Positions 19,562 to 28,206 of a DNA stretch of 37,111 nt are shown here, piece after piece. The first letter of the stretch is position 1; each line of letters opens with the position of its first letter. Under the pieces are notes generated by a model, which worked only from the letters and a program-made list of their open reading frames with translations, did no database searches and was not told where the DNA came from. A program made the position numbers and the translations under genes. This DNA is from Escherichia phage T7. The stretch lies in the sequence record MZ375256.1. One strand, given 5' to 3'.

Positions 19562-20485
19562 ATGGCTGAATCTAATGCAGACGTATATGCATCTTTTGGC
19601 GTGAACTCCGCTGTGATGTCTGGTGGTTCCGTTGAGGAACATGAGCAGAACATGCTGGCTCTTGATGTTGCTGCCCGTGATGGCGATGATGCAATCGAGT
19701 TAGCGTCAGACGAAGTGGAAACAGAACGTGACCTGTATGACAACTCTGACCCGTTCGGTCAAGAGGATGACGAAGGCCGCATTCAGGTTCGTATCGGTGA
19801 TGGCTCTGAGCCGACCGATGTGGACACTGGAGAAGAAGGCGTTGAGGGCACCGAAGGTTCCGAAGAGTTTACCCCACTGGGCGAGACTCCAGAAGAACTG
19901 GTAGCTGCCTCTGAGCAACTTGGTGAGCACGAAGAGGGCTTCCAAGAGATGATTAACATTGCTGCTGAGCGTGGCATGAGTGTCGAGACCATTGAGGCTA
20001 TCCAGCGTGAGTACGAGGAGAACGAAGAGTTGTCCGCCGAGTCCTACGCTAAGCTGGCTGAAATTGGCTACACGAAGGCTTTCATTGACTCGTATATCCG
20101 TGGTCAAGAAGCTCTGGTGGAGCAGTACGTAAACAGTGTCATTGAGTACGCTGGTGGTCGTGAACGTTTTGATGCACTGTATAACCACCTTGAGACGCAC
20201 AACCCTGAGGCTGCACAGTCGCTGGATAATGCGTTGACCAATCGTGACTTAGCGACCGTTAAGGCTATCATCAACTTGGCTGGTGAGTCTCGCGCTAAGG
20301 CGTTCGGTCGTAAGCCAACTCGTAGTGTGACTAATCGTGCTATTCCGGCTAAACCTCAGGCTACCAAGCGTGAAGGCTTTGCGGACCGTAGCGAGATGAT
20401 TAAAGCTATGAGTGACCCTCGGTATCGCACAGATGCCAACTATCGTCGTCAAGTCGAACAGAAAGTAATCGATTCGAACTTCTGA
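19562..20485 (+). CDS. 9: Capsid assembly scaffolding protein
   Basis: 307-aa highly acidic ORF. Confidence 0.95.
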   Translation: MAESNADVYASFGVNSAVMSGGSVEEHEQNMLALDVAARDGDDAIELASDEVETERDLYDNSDPFGQEDDEGRIQVRIGDGSEPTDVDTGEEGVEGTEGSEEFTPLGETPEELVAASEQLGEHEEGFQEMINIAAERGMSVETIEAIQREYEENEELSAESYAKLAEIGYTKAFIDSYIRGQEALVEQYVNSVIEYAGGRERFDALYNHLETHNPEAAQSLDNALTNRDLATVKAIINLAGESRAKAFGRKPTRSVTNRAIPAKPQATKREGFADRSEMIKAMSDPRYRTDANYRRQVEQKVIDSNF

Positions 20486-20498
20486 TAGACTTCGAAAT

Positions 20499-20521
20499 TA
20501 ATACGACTCACTATATGGAGA
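20499..20521 (+). promoter_or_regulatory. T7 promoter phi10 with non-consensus +1 (T instead of G)
   Basis: taatacgactcactataTggaga followed by the gene 10 leader accacaacggtttccctctagaaataattttgtttaactttaagaaggagatatacat. Confidence 0.85.
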
Positions 20522-20578
20522 CCACAACGGTTTCCCTCTAGAAATAATTTTGTTTAACTTTAAGAAGGAGATATACAT

Positions 20579-21616
20579 ATGGCTAGCATGACTGGTGGAC
20601 AGCAAATGGGTACTAACCAAGGTAAAGGTGTAGTTGCTGCTGGAGATAAACTGGCGTTGTTCTTGAAGGTATTTGGCGGTGAAGTCCTGACTGCGTTCGC
20701 TCGTACCTCCGTGACCACTTCTCGCCACATGGTACGTTCCATCTCCAGCGGTAAATCCGCTCAGTTCCCTGTTCTGGGTCGCACTCAGGCAGCGTATCTG
20801 GCTCCGGGCGAGAACCTCGACGATAAACGTAAGGACATCAAACACACCGAGAAGGTAATCACCATTGACGGTCTCCTGACGGCTGACGTTCTGATTTATG
20901 ATATTGAGGACGCGATGAACCACTACGACGTTCGCTCTGAGTATACCTCTCAGTTGGGTGAATCTCTGGCGATGGCTGCGGATGGTGCGGTTCTGGCTGA
21001 GATTGCCGGTCTGTGTAACGTGGAAAGCAAATATAATGAGAACATCGAGGGCTTAGGTACTGCTACCGTAATTGAGACCACTCAGAACAAGGCCGCACTT
21101 ACCGACCAAGTTGCGCTGGGTAAGGAGATTATTGCGGCTCTGACTAAGGCTCGTGCGGCTCTGACCAAGAACTATGTTCCGGCTGCTGACCGTGTGTTCT
21201 ACTGTGACCCAGATAGCTACTCTGCGATTCTGGCAGCACTGATGCCGAACGCAGCAAACTACGCTGCTCTGATTGACCCTGAGAAGGGTTCTATCCGCAA
21301 CGTTATGGGCTTTGAGGTTGTAGAAGTTCCGCACCTCACCGCTGGTGGTGCTGGTACCGCTCGTGAGGGCACTACTGGTCAGAAGCACGTCTTCCCTGCC
21401 AATAAAGGTGAGGGTAATGTCAAGGTTGCTAAGGACAACGTTATCGGCCTGTTCATGCACCGCTCTGCGGTAGGTACTGTTAAGCTGCGTGACTTGGCTC
21501 TGGAGCGCGCTCGCCGTGCTAACTTCCAAGCGGACCAGATTATCGCTAAGTACGCAATGGGCCACGGTGGTCTTCGCCCAGAAGCTGCTGGTGCAGTGGT
21601 TTTCAAAGTGGAGTAA
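20579..21616 (+). CDS. 10A: Major capsid protein 10A
   Basis: 345-aa ORF starting MASMTGGQQMG. Confidence 0.98.
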   Translation: MASMTGGQQMGTNQGKGVVAAGDKLALFLKVFGGEVLTAFARTSVTTSRHMVRSISSGKSAQFPVLGRTQAAYLAPGENLDDKRKDIKHTEKVITIDGLLTADVLIYDIEDAMNHYDVRSEYTSQLGESLAMAADGAVLAEIAGLCNVESKYNENIEGLGTATVIETTQNKAALTDQVALGKEIIAALTKARAALTKNYVPAADRVFYCDPDSYSAILAALMPNAANYAALIDPEKGSIRNVMGFEVVEVPHLTAGGAGTAREGTTGQKHVFPANKGEGNVKVAKDNVIGLFMHRSAVGTVKLRDLALERARRANFQADQIIAKYAMGHGGLRPEAAGAVVFKVE

Positions 21617-21774
21617 TGCTGGGGGTGGCCTCAACGGTCGCTGCTAGTCCCGAAGAGGCGAGTGTTACTTCAACAGAAGAAACCTTAACGCCAGCACAGG
21701 AGGCCGCACGCACCCGCGCTGCTAACAAAGCCCGAAAGGAAGCTGAGTTGGCTGCTGCCACCGCTGAGCAATAA
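20579..21774 (+). CDS. 10B: Minor capsid protein 10B, made by -1 ribosomal frameshift near 21599-21604
   Basis: Slippery ggttttc at the 10A end; the -1 frame stays open to caa taa at 21772-21774. Confidence 0.8.
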
Positions 21775-21822
21775 CTAGCATAACCCCTTGGGGCCTCTAA
21801 ACGGGTCTTGAGGGGTTTTTTG
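21775..21822 (+). terminator. Tphi terminator for T7 RNA polymerase
   Basis: ctagcataaccccttggggcctctaaacgggtcttgaggggttttttg: hairpin plus U-tract. Confidence 0.95.
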
Positions 21823-21839
21823 CTGAAAGGAGGAACTAT

Positions 21840-22430
21840 ATGCGCTCATACGATATGAACGTTGAGACTGCCGCTGAGTTATCAGCTGTGAACGACATTC
21901 TGGCGTCTATCGGTGAACCTCCGGTATCAACGCTGGAAGGTGACGCTAACGCAGATGCAGCGAACGCTCGGCGTATTCTCAACAAGATTAACCGACAGAT
22001 TCAATCTCGTGGATGGACGTTCAACATTGAGGAAGGCATAACGCTACTACCTGATGTTTACTCCAACCTGATTGTATACAGTGACGACTATTTATCCCTA
22101 ATGTCTACTTCCGGTCAATCCATCTACGTTAACCGAGGTGGCTATGTGTATGACCGAACGAGTCAATCAGACCGCTTTGACTCTGGTATTACTGTGAACA
22201 TTATTCGTCTCCGCGACTACGATGAGATGCCTGAGTGCTTCCGTTACTGGATTGTCACCAAGGCTTCCCGTCAGTTCAACAACCGATTCTTTGGGGAACC
22301 GGAAGTAGAGGGTGTACTCCAAGAAGAGGAAGATGAGGCTAGACGTCTCTGCATGGAGTATGAGATGGACTACGGTGGGTACAATATGCTGGATGGAGAT
22401 GCGTTCACTTCTGGTCTACTGACTCGCTAA
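21840..22430 (+). CDS. 11: Tail tubular protein A
   Basis: 196-aa ORF. Confidence 0.95.
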   Translation: MRSYDMNVETAAELSAVNDILASIGEPPVSTLEGDANADAANARRILNKINRQIQSRGWTFNIEEGITLLPDVYSNLIVYSDDYLSLMSTSGQSIYVNRGGYVYDRTSQSDRFDSGITVNIIRLRDYDEMPECFRYWIVTKASRQFNNRFFGEPEVEGVLQEEEDEARRLCMEYEMDYGGYNMLDGDAFTSGLLTR

Positions 22431-22453
22431 CATTAATAAATAAGGAGGCTCTA

Positions 22454-24838
22454 ATGGCACTCATTAGCCAATCAATCAAGAACTTGAAGGGTGGTATCAG
22501 CCAACAGCCTGACATCCTTCGTTATCCAGACCAAGGGTCACGCCAAGTTAACGGTTGGTCTTCGGAGACCGAGGGCCTCCAAAAGCGTCCACCTCTTGTT
22601 TTCTTAAATACACTTGGAGACAACGGTGCGTTAGGTCAAGCTCCGTACATCCACCTGATTAACCGAGATGAGCACGAACAGTATTACGCTGTGTTCACTG
22701 GTAGCGGAATCCGAGTGTTCGACCTTTCTGGTAACGAGAAGCAAGTTAGGTATCCTAACGGTTCCAACTACATCAAGACCGCTAATCCACGTAACGACCT
22801 GCGAATGGTTACTGTAGCAGACTATACGTTCATCGTTAACCGTAACGTTGTTGCACAGAAGAACACAAAGTCTGTCAACTTACCGAATTACAACCCTAAT
22901 CAAGACGGATTGATTAACGTTCGTGGTGGTCAGTATGGTAGGGAACTAATTGTACACATTAACGGTAAAGACGTTGCGAAGTATAAGATACCAGATGGTA
23001 GTCAACCTGAACACGTAAACAATACGGATGCCCAATGGTTAGCTGAAGAGTTAGCCAAGCAGATGCGCACTAACTTGTCTGATTGGACTGTAAATGTAGG
23101 GCAAGGGTTCATCCATGTGACCGCACCTAGTGGTCAACAGATTGACTCCTTCACGACTAAAGATGGCTACGCAGACCAGTTGATTAACCCTGTGACCCAC
23201 TACGCTCAGTCGTTCTCTAAGCTGCCACCTAATGCTCCTAACGGCTACATGGTGAAAATCGTAGGGGACGCCTCTAAGTCTGCCGACCAGTATTACGTTC
23301 GGTATGACGCTGAGCGGAAAGTTTGGACTGAGACTTTAGGTTGGAACACTGAGGACCAAGTTCTATGGGAAACCATGCCACACGCTCTTGTGCGAGCCGC
23401 TGACGGTAATTTCGACTTCAAGTGGCTTGAGTGGTCTCCTAAGTCTTGTGGTGACGTTGACACCAACCCTTGGCCTTCTTTTGTTGGTTCAAGTATTAAC
23501 GATGTGTTCTTCTTCCGTAACCGCTTAGGATTCCTTAGTGGGGAGAACATCATATTGAGTCGTACAGCCAAATACTTCAACTTCTACCCTGCGTCCATTG
23601 CGAACCTTAGTGATGACGACCCTATAGACGTAGCTGTGAGTACCAACCGAATAGCAATCCTTAAGTACGCCGTTCCGTTCTCAGAAGAGTTACTCATCTG
23701 GTCCGATGAAGCACAATTCGTCCTGACTGCCTCGGGTACTCTCACATCTAAGTCGGTTGAGTTGAACCTAACGACCCAGTTTGACGTACAGGACCGAGCG
23801 AGACCTTTTGGGATTGGGCGTAATGTCTACTTTGCTAGTCCGAGGTCCAGCTTCGCGTCCATCCACAGGTACTACGCTGTGCAGGATGTCAGTTCCGTTA
23901 AGAATGCTGAGGACATTACATCACACGTTCCTAACTACATCCCTAATGGTGTGTTCAGTATTTGCGGAAGTGGTACGGAAAACTTCTGTTCGGTACTATC
24001 TCACGGGGACCCTAGTAAAATCTTCATGTACAAATTCCTGTACCTGAACGAAGAGTTAAGGCAACAGTCGTGGTCTCATTGGGACTTTGGGGAAAACGTA
24101 CAGGTTCTAGCTTGTCAGAGTATCAGCTCAGATATGTATGTGATTCTTCGCAATGAGTTCAATACGTTCCTAGCTAGAATCTCTTTCACTAAGAACGCCA
24201 TTGACTTACAGGGAGAACCCTATCGTGCCTTTATGGACATGAAGATTCGATACACGATTCCTAGTGGAACATACAACGATGACACATTCACTACCTCTAT
24301 TCATATTCCAACAATTTATGGTGCAAACTTCGGGAGGGGCAAAATCACTGTATTGGAGCCTGATGGTAAGATAACCGTGTTTGAGCAACCTACGGCTGGG
24401 TGGAATAGCGACCCTTGGCTGAGACTCAGCGGTAACTTGGAGGGACGCATGGTGTACATTGGGTTCAACATTAACTTCGTATATGAGTTCTCTAAGTTCC
24501 TCATCAAGCAGACTGCCGACGACGGGTCTACCTCCACGGAAGACATTGGGCGCTTACAGTTACGCCGAGCGTGGGTTAACTACGAGAACTCTGGTACGTT
24601 TGACATTTATGTTGAGAACCAATCGTCTAACTGGAAGTACACAATGGCTGGTGCCCGATTAGGCTCTAACACTCTGAGGGCTGGGAGACTGAACTTAGGG
24701 ACCGGACAATATCGATTCCCTGTGGTTGGTAACGCCAAGTTCAACACTGTATACATCTTGTCAGATGAGACTACCCCTCTGAACATCATTGGGTGTGGCT
24801 GGGAAGGTAACTACTTACGGAGAAGTTCCGGTATTTAA
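22454..24838 (+). CDS. 12: Tail tubular protein B
   Basis: 794-aa ORF. Confidence 0.95.
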   Translation: MALISQSIKNLKGGISQQPDILRYPDQGSRQVNGWSSETEGLQKRPPLVFLNTLGDNGALGQAPYIHLINRDEHEQYYAVFTGSGIRVFDLSGNEKQVRYPNGSNYIKTANPRNDLRMVTVADYTFIVNRNVVAQKNTKSVNLPNYNPNQDGLINVRGGQYGRELIVHINGKDVAKYKIPDGSQPEHVNNTDAQWLAEELAKQMRTNLSDWTVNVGQGFIHVTAPSGQQIDSFTTKDGYADQLINPVTHYAQSFSKLPPNAPNGYMVKIVGDASKSADQYYVRYDAERKVWTETLGWNTEDQVLWETMPHALVRAADGNFDFKWLEWSPKSCGDVDTNPWPSFVGSSINDVFFFRNRLGFLSGENIILSRTAKYFNFYPASIANLSDDDPIDVAVSTNRIAILKYAVPFSEELLIWSDEAQFVLTASGTLTSKSVELNLTTQFDVQDRARPFGIGRNVYFASPRSSFASIHRYYAVQDVSSVKNAEDITSHVPNYIPNGVFSICGSGTENFCSVLSHGDPSKIFMYKFLYLNEELRQQSWSHWDFGENVQVLACQSISSDMYVILRNEFNTFLARISFTKNAIDLQGEPYRAFMDMKIRYTIPSGTYNDDTFTTSIHIPTIYGANFGRGKITVLEPDGKITVFEQPTAGWNSDPWLRLSGNLEGRMVYIGFNINFVYEFSKFLIKQTADDGSTSTEDIGRLQLRRAWVNYENSGTFDIYVENQSSNWKYTMAGARLGSNTLRAGRLNLGTGQYRFPVVGNAKFNTVYILSDETTPLNIIGCGWEGNYLRRSSGI

Positions 24839-24868
24839 TTAAATATTCTCCCTGTGGTGGCTCGAAAT

Positions 24869-24891
24869 TAATACGACTCACTATAGGGAGA
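24869..24891 (+). promoter_or_regulatory. T7 promoter phi13 (class III consensus)
   Basis: taatacgactcactatagggaga. Confidence 0.9.
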
Positions 24892-24918
24892 ACAATACGA
24901 CTACGGGAGGGTTTTCTT

Positions 24919-25335
24919 ATGATGACTATAAGACCTACTAAAAGTACAGACTTTGAGGTATTCACTCCGGCTCACCATGACATTCTTGAAGCTAAGGCTG
25001 CTGGTATTGAGCCGAGTTTCCCTGATGCTTCCGAGTGTGTCACGTTGAGCCTCTATGGGTTCCCTCTAGCTATCGGTGGTAACTGCGGGGACCAGTGCTG
25101 GTTCGTTACGAGCGACCAAGTGTGGCGACTTAGTGGAAAGGCTAAGCGAAAGTTCCGTAAGTTAATCATGGAGTATCGCGATAAGATGCTTGAGAAGTAT
25201 GATACTCTTTGGAATTACGTATGGGTAGGCAATACGTCCCACATTCGTTTCCTCAAGACTATCGGTGCGGTATTCCATGAAGAGTACACACGAGATGGTC
25301 AATTTCAGTTATTTACAATCACGAAAGGAGGATAA
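24919..25335 (+). CDS. 13: Internal virion protein gp13
   Basis: 138-aa ORF. Confidence 0.9.
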   Translation: MMTIRPTKSTDFEVFTPAHHDILEAKAAGIEPSFPDASECVTLSLYGFPLAIGGNCGDQCWFVTSDQVWRLSGKAKRKFRKLIMEYRDKMLEKYDTLWNYVWVGNTSHIRFLKTIGAVFHEEYTRDGQFQLFTITKGG

Positions 25336-25339
25336 CCAT

Positions 25340-25930
25340 ATGTGTTGGGCAGCCGCAATACCTATCGCTATATCTGGCGCTCAGGCTATCAGTGGTCAGA
25401 ACGCTCAGGCCAAAATGATTGCCGCTCAGACCGCTGCTGGTCGTCGTCAAGCTATGGAAATCATGAGGCAGACGAACATCCAGAATGCTGACCTATCGTT
25501 GCAAGCTCGAAGTAAACTTGAGGAAGCGTCCGCCGAGTTGACCTCACAGAACATGCAGAAGGTCCAAGCTATTGGGTCTATCCGAGCGGCTATCGGAGAG
25601 AGTATGCTTGAAGGTTCCTCAATGGACCGCATTAAGCGAGTCACAGAAGGACAGTTCATTCGGGAAGCCAATATGGTAACTGAGAACTATCGCCGTGACT
25701 ACCAAGCAATCTTCGCACAGCAACTTGGTGGTACTCAAAGTGCTGCAAGTCAGATTGACGAAATCTATAAGAGCGAACAGAAACAGAAGAGTAAGCTACA
25801 GATGGTTCTGGACCCACTGGCTATCATGGGGTCTTCCGCTGCGAGTGCTTACGCATCCGGTGCGTTCGACTCTAAGTCCACAACTAAGGCACCTATTGTT
25901 GCCGCTAAAGGAACCAAGACGGGGAGGTAA
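25340..25930 (+). CDS. 14: Internal virion protein gp14
   Basis: 196-aa ORF from MCWAAAIPIAISGAQ; ORF track shows an upstream extension. Confidence 0.9.
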   Translation: MCWAAAIPIAISGAQAISGQNAQAKMIAAQTAAGRRQAMEIMRQTNIQNADLSLQARSKLEEASAELTSQNMQKVQAIGSIRAAIGESMLEGSSMDRIKRVTEGQFIREANMVTENYRRDYQAIFAQQLGGTQSAASQIDEIYKSEQKQKSKLQMVLDPLAIMGSSAASAYASGAFDSKSTTKAPIVAAKGTKTGR

Positions 25931-25936
25931 TGAGCT

Positions 25937-28180
25937 ATGAGTAAAATTGAATCTGCCCTTCAAGCGGCACAACCGGGACTCTCTCGGTTACGTGGTGGTG
26001 CTGGAGGTATGGGCTATCGTGCAGCAACCACTCAGGCCGAACAGCCAAGGTCAAGCCTATTGGACACCATTGGTCGGTTCGCTAAGGCTGGTGCCGATAT
26101 GTATACCGCTAAGGAACAACGAGCACGAGACCTAGCTGATGAACGCTCTAACGAGATTATCCGTAAGCTGACCCCTGAGCAACGTCGAGAAGCTCTCAAC
26201 AACGGGACCCTTCTGTATCAGGATGACCCATACGCTATGGAAGCACTCCGAGTCAAGACTGGTCGTAACGCTGCGTATCTTGTGGACGATGACGTTATGC
26301 AGAAGATAAAAGAGGGTGTCTTCCGTACTCGCGAAGAGATGGAAGAGTATCGCCATAGTCGCCTTCAAGAGGGCGCTAAGGTATACGCTGAGCAGTTCGG
26401 CATCGACCCTGAGGACGTTGATTATCAGCGTGGTTTCAACGGGGACATTACCGAGCGTAACATCTCGCTGTATGGTGCGCATGATAACTTCTTGAGCCAG
26501 CAAGCTCAGAAGGGCGCTATCATGAACAGCCGAGTGGAACTCAACGGTGTCCTTCAAGACCCTGATATGCTGCGTCGTCCAGACTCTGCTGACTTCTTTG
26601 AGAAGTATATCGACAACGGTCTGGTTACTGGCGCAATCCCATCTGATGCTCAAGCCACACAGCTTATAAGCCAAGCGTTCAGTGACGCTTCTAGCCGTGC
26701 TGGTGGTGCTGACTTCCTGATGCGAGTCGGTGACAAGAAGGTAACACTTAACGGAGCCACTACGACTTACCGAGAGTTGATTGGTGAGGAACAGTGGAAC
26801 GCTCTCATGGTCACAGCACAACGTTCTCAGTTTGAGACTGACGCGAAGCTGAACGAGCAGTATCGCTTGAAGATTAACTCTGCGCTGAACCAAGAGGACC
26901 CAAGGACAGCTTGGGAGATGCTTCAAGGTATCAAGGCTGAACTAGATAAGGTCCAACCTGATGAGCAGATGACACCACAACGTGAGTGGCTAATCTCCGC
27001 ACAGGAACAAGTTCAGAATCAGATGAACGCATGGACGAAAGCTCAGGCCAAGGCTCTGGACGATTCCATGAAGTCAATGAACAAACTTGACGTAATCGAC
27101 AAGCAATTCCAGAAGCGAATCAACGGTGAGTGGGTCTCAACGGATTTTAAGGATATGCCAGTCAACGAGAACACTGGTGAGTTCAAGCATAGCGATATGG
27201 TTAACTACGCCAATAAGAAGCTCGCTGAGATTGACAGTATGGACATTCCAGACGGTGCCAAGGATGCTATGAAGTTGAAGTACCTTCAAGCGGACTCTAA
27301 GGACGGAGCATTCCGTACAGCCATCGGAACCATGGTCACTGACGCTGGTCAAGAGTGGTCTGCCGCTGTGATTAACGGTAAGTTACCAGAACGAACCCCA
27401 GCTATGGATGCTCTGCGCAGAATCCGCAATGCTGACCCTCAGTTGATTGCTGCGCTATACCCAGACCAAGCTGAGCTATTCCTGACGATGGACATGATGG
27501 ACAAGCAGGGTATTGACCCTCAGGTTATTCTTGATGCCGACCGACTGACTGTTAAGCGGTCCAAAGAGCAACGCTTTGAGGATGATAAAGCATTCGAGTC
27601 TGCACTGAATGCATCTAAGGCTCCTGAGATTGCCCGTATGCCAGCGTCACTGCGCGAATCTGCACGTAAGATTTATGACTCCGTTAAGTATCGCTCGGGG
27701 AACGAAAGCATGGCTATGGAGCAGATGACCAAGTTCCTTAAGGAATCTACCTACACGTTCACTGGTGATGATGTTGACGGTGATACCGTTGGTGTGATTC
27801 CTAAGAATATGATGCAGGTTAACTCTGACCCGAAATCATGGGAGCAAGGTCGGGATATTCTGGAGGAAGCACGTAAGGGAATCATTGCGAGCAACCCTTG
27901 GATAACCAATAAGCAACTGACCATGTATTCTCAAGGTGACTCCATTTACCTTATGGACACCACAGGTCAAGTCAGAGTCCGATACGACAAAGAGTTACTC
28001 TCGAAGGTCTGGAGTGAGAACCAGAAGAAACTCGAAGAGAAAGCTCGTGAGAAGGCTCTGGCTGATGTGAACAAGCGAGCACCTATAGTTGCCGCTACGA
28101 AGGCCCGTGAAGCTGCTGCTAAACGAGTCCGAGAGAAACGTAAACAGACTCCTAAGTTCATCTACGGACGTAAGGAGTAA
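25937..28180 (+). CDS. 15: Internal core protein gp15
   Basis: 747-aa ORF. Confidence 0.95.
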   Translation: MSKIESALQAAQPGLSRLRGGAGGMGYRAATTQAEQPRSSLLDTIGRFAKAGADMYTAKEQRARDLADERSNEIIRKLTPEQRREALNNGTLLYQDDPYAMEALRVKTGRNAAYLVDDDVMQKIKEGVFRTREEMEEYRHSRLQEGAKVYAEQFGIDPEDVDYQRGFNGDITERNISLYGAHDNFLSQQAQKGAIMNSRVELNGVLQDPDMLRRPDSADFFEKYIDNGLVTGAIPSDAQATQLISQAFSDASSRAGGADFLMRVGDKKVTLNGATTTYRELIGEEQWNALMVTAQRSQFETDAKLNEQYRLKINSALNQEDPRTAWEMLQGIKAELDKVQPDEQMTPQREWLISAQEQVQNQMNAWTKAQAKALDDSMKSMNKLDVIDKQFQKRINGEWVSTDFKDMPVNENTGEFKHSDMVNYANKKLAEIDSMDIPDGAKDAMKLKYLQADSKDGAFRTAIGTMVTDAGQEWSAAVINGKLPERTPAMDALRRIRNADPQLIAALYPDQAELFLTMDMMDKQGIDPQVILDADRLTVKRSKEQRFEDDKAFESALNASKAPEIARMPASLRESARKIYDSVKYRSGNESMAMEQMTKFLKESTYTFTGDDVDGDTVGVIPKNMMQVNSDPKSWEQGRDILEEARKGIIASNPWITNKQLTMYSQGDSIYLMDTTGQVRVRYDKELLSKVWSENQKKLEEKAREKALADVNKRAPIVAATKAREAAAKRVREKRKQTPKFIYGRKE

Positions 28181-28206
28181 CTAAAGGCTACATAAGGAGG
28201 CCCTAA

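Noticed and set aside
19562-20485. Highly acidic, low-complexity ORF that could be mistaken for a novel disordered effector
   Set aside because: Length, position between the portal gene and phi10, and composition identify it as the gene 9 scaffolding protein.
20499-20640. Sequence identical to pET expression-vector elements (T7 promoter, gene 10 leader/RBS, NdeI/NheI sites, T7-tag MASMTGGQQMG), which could suggest cloning-vector contamination
   Set aside because: These vector parts were originally taken from T7 phi10/gene 10. Here they are continuous with the full-length capsid gene and the surrounding phage genes, so this is the native locus.
26132-26926. 264-aa minus-strand ORF inside gene 15, and many other 60-190-aa minus-strand ORFs in the six-frame track
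   Set aside because: T7 is transcribed entirely left to right from + strand promoters. These ORFs are antisense to well-characterised genes, lack T7 promoters or RBSs in the right orientation, and are expected by chance at this GC content.
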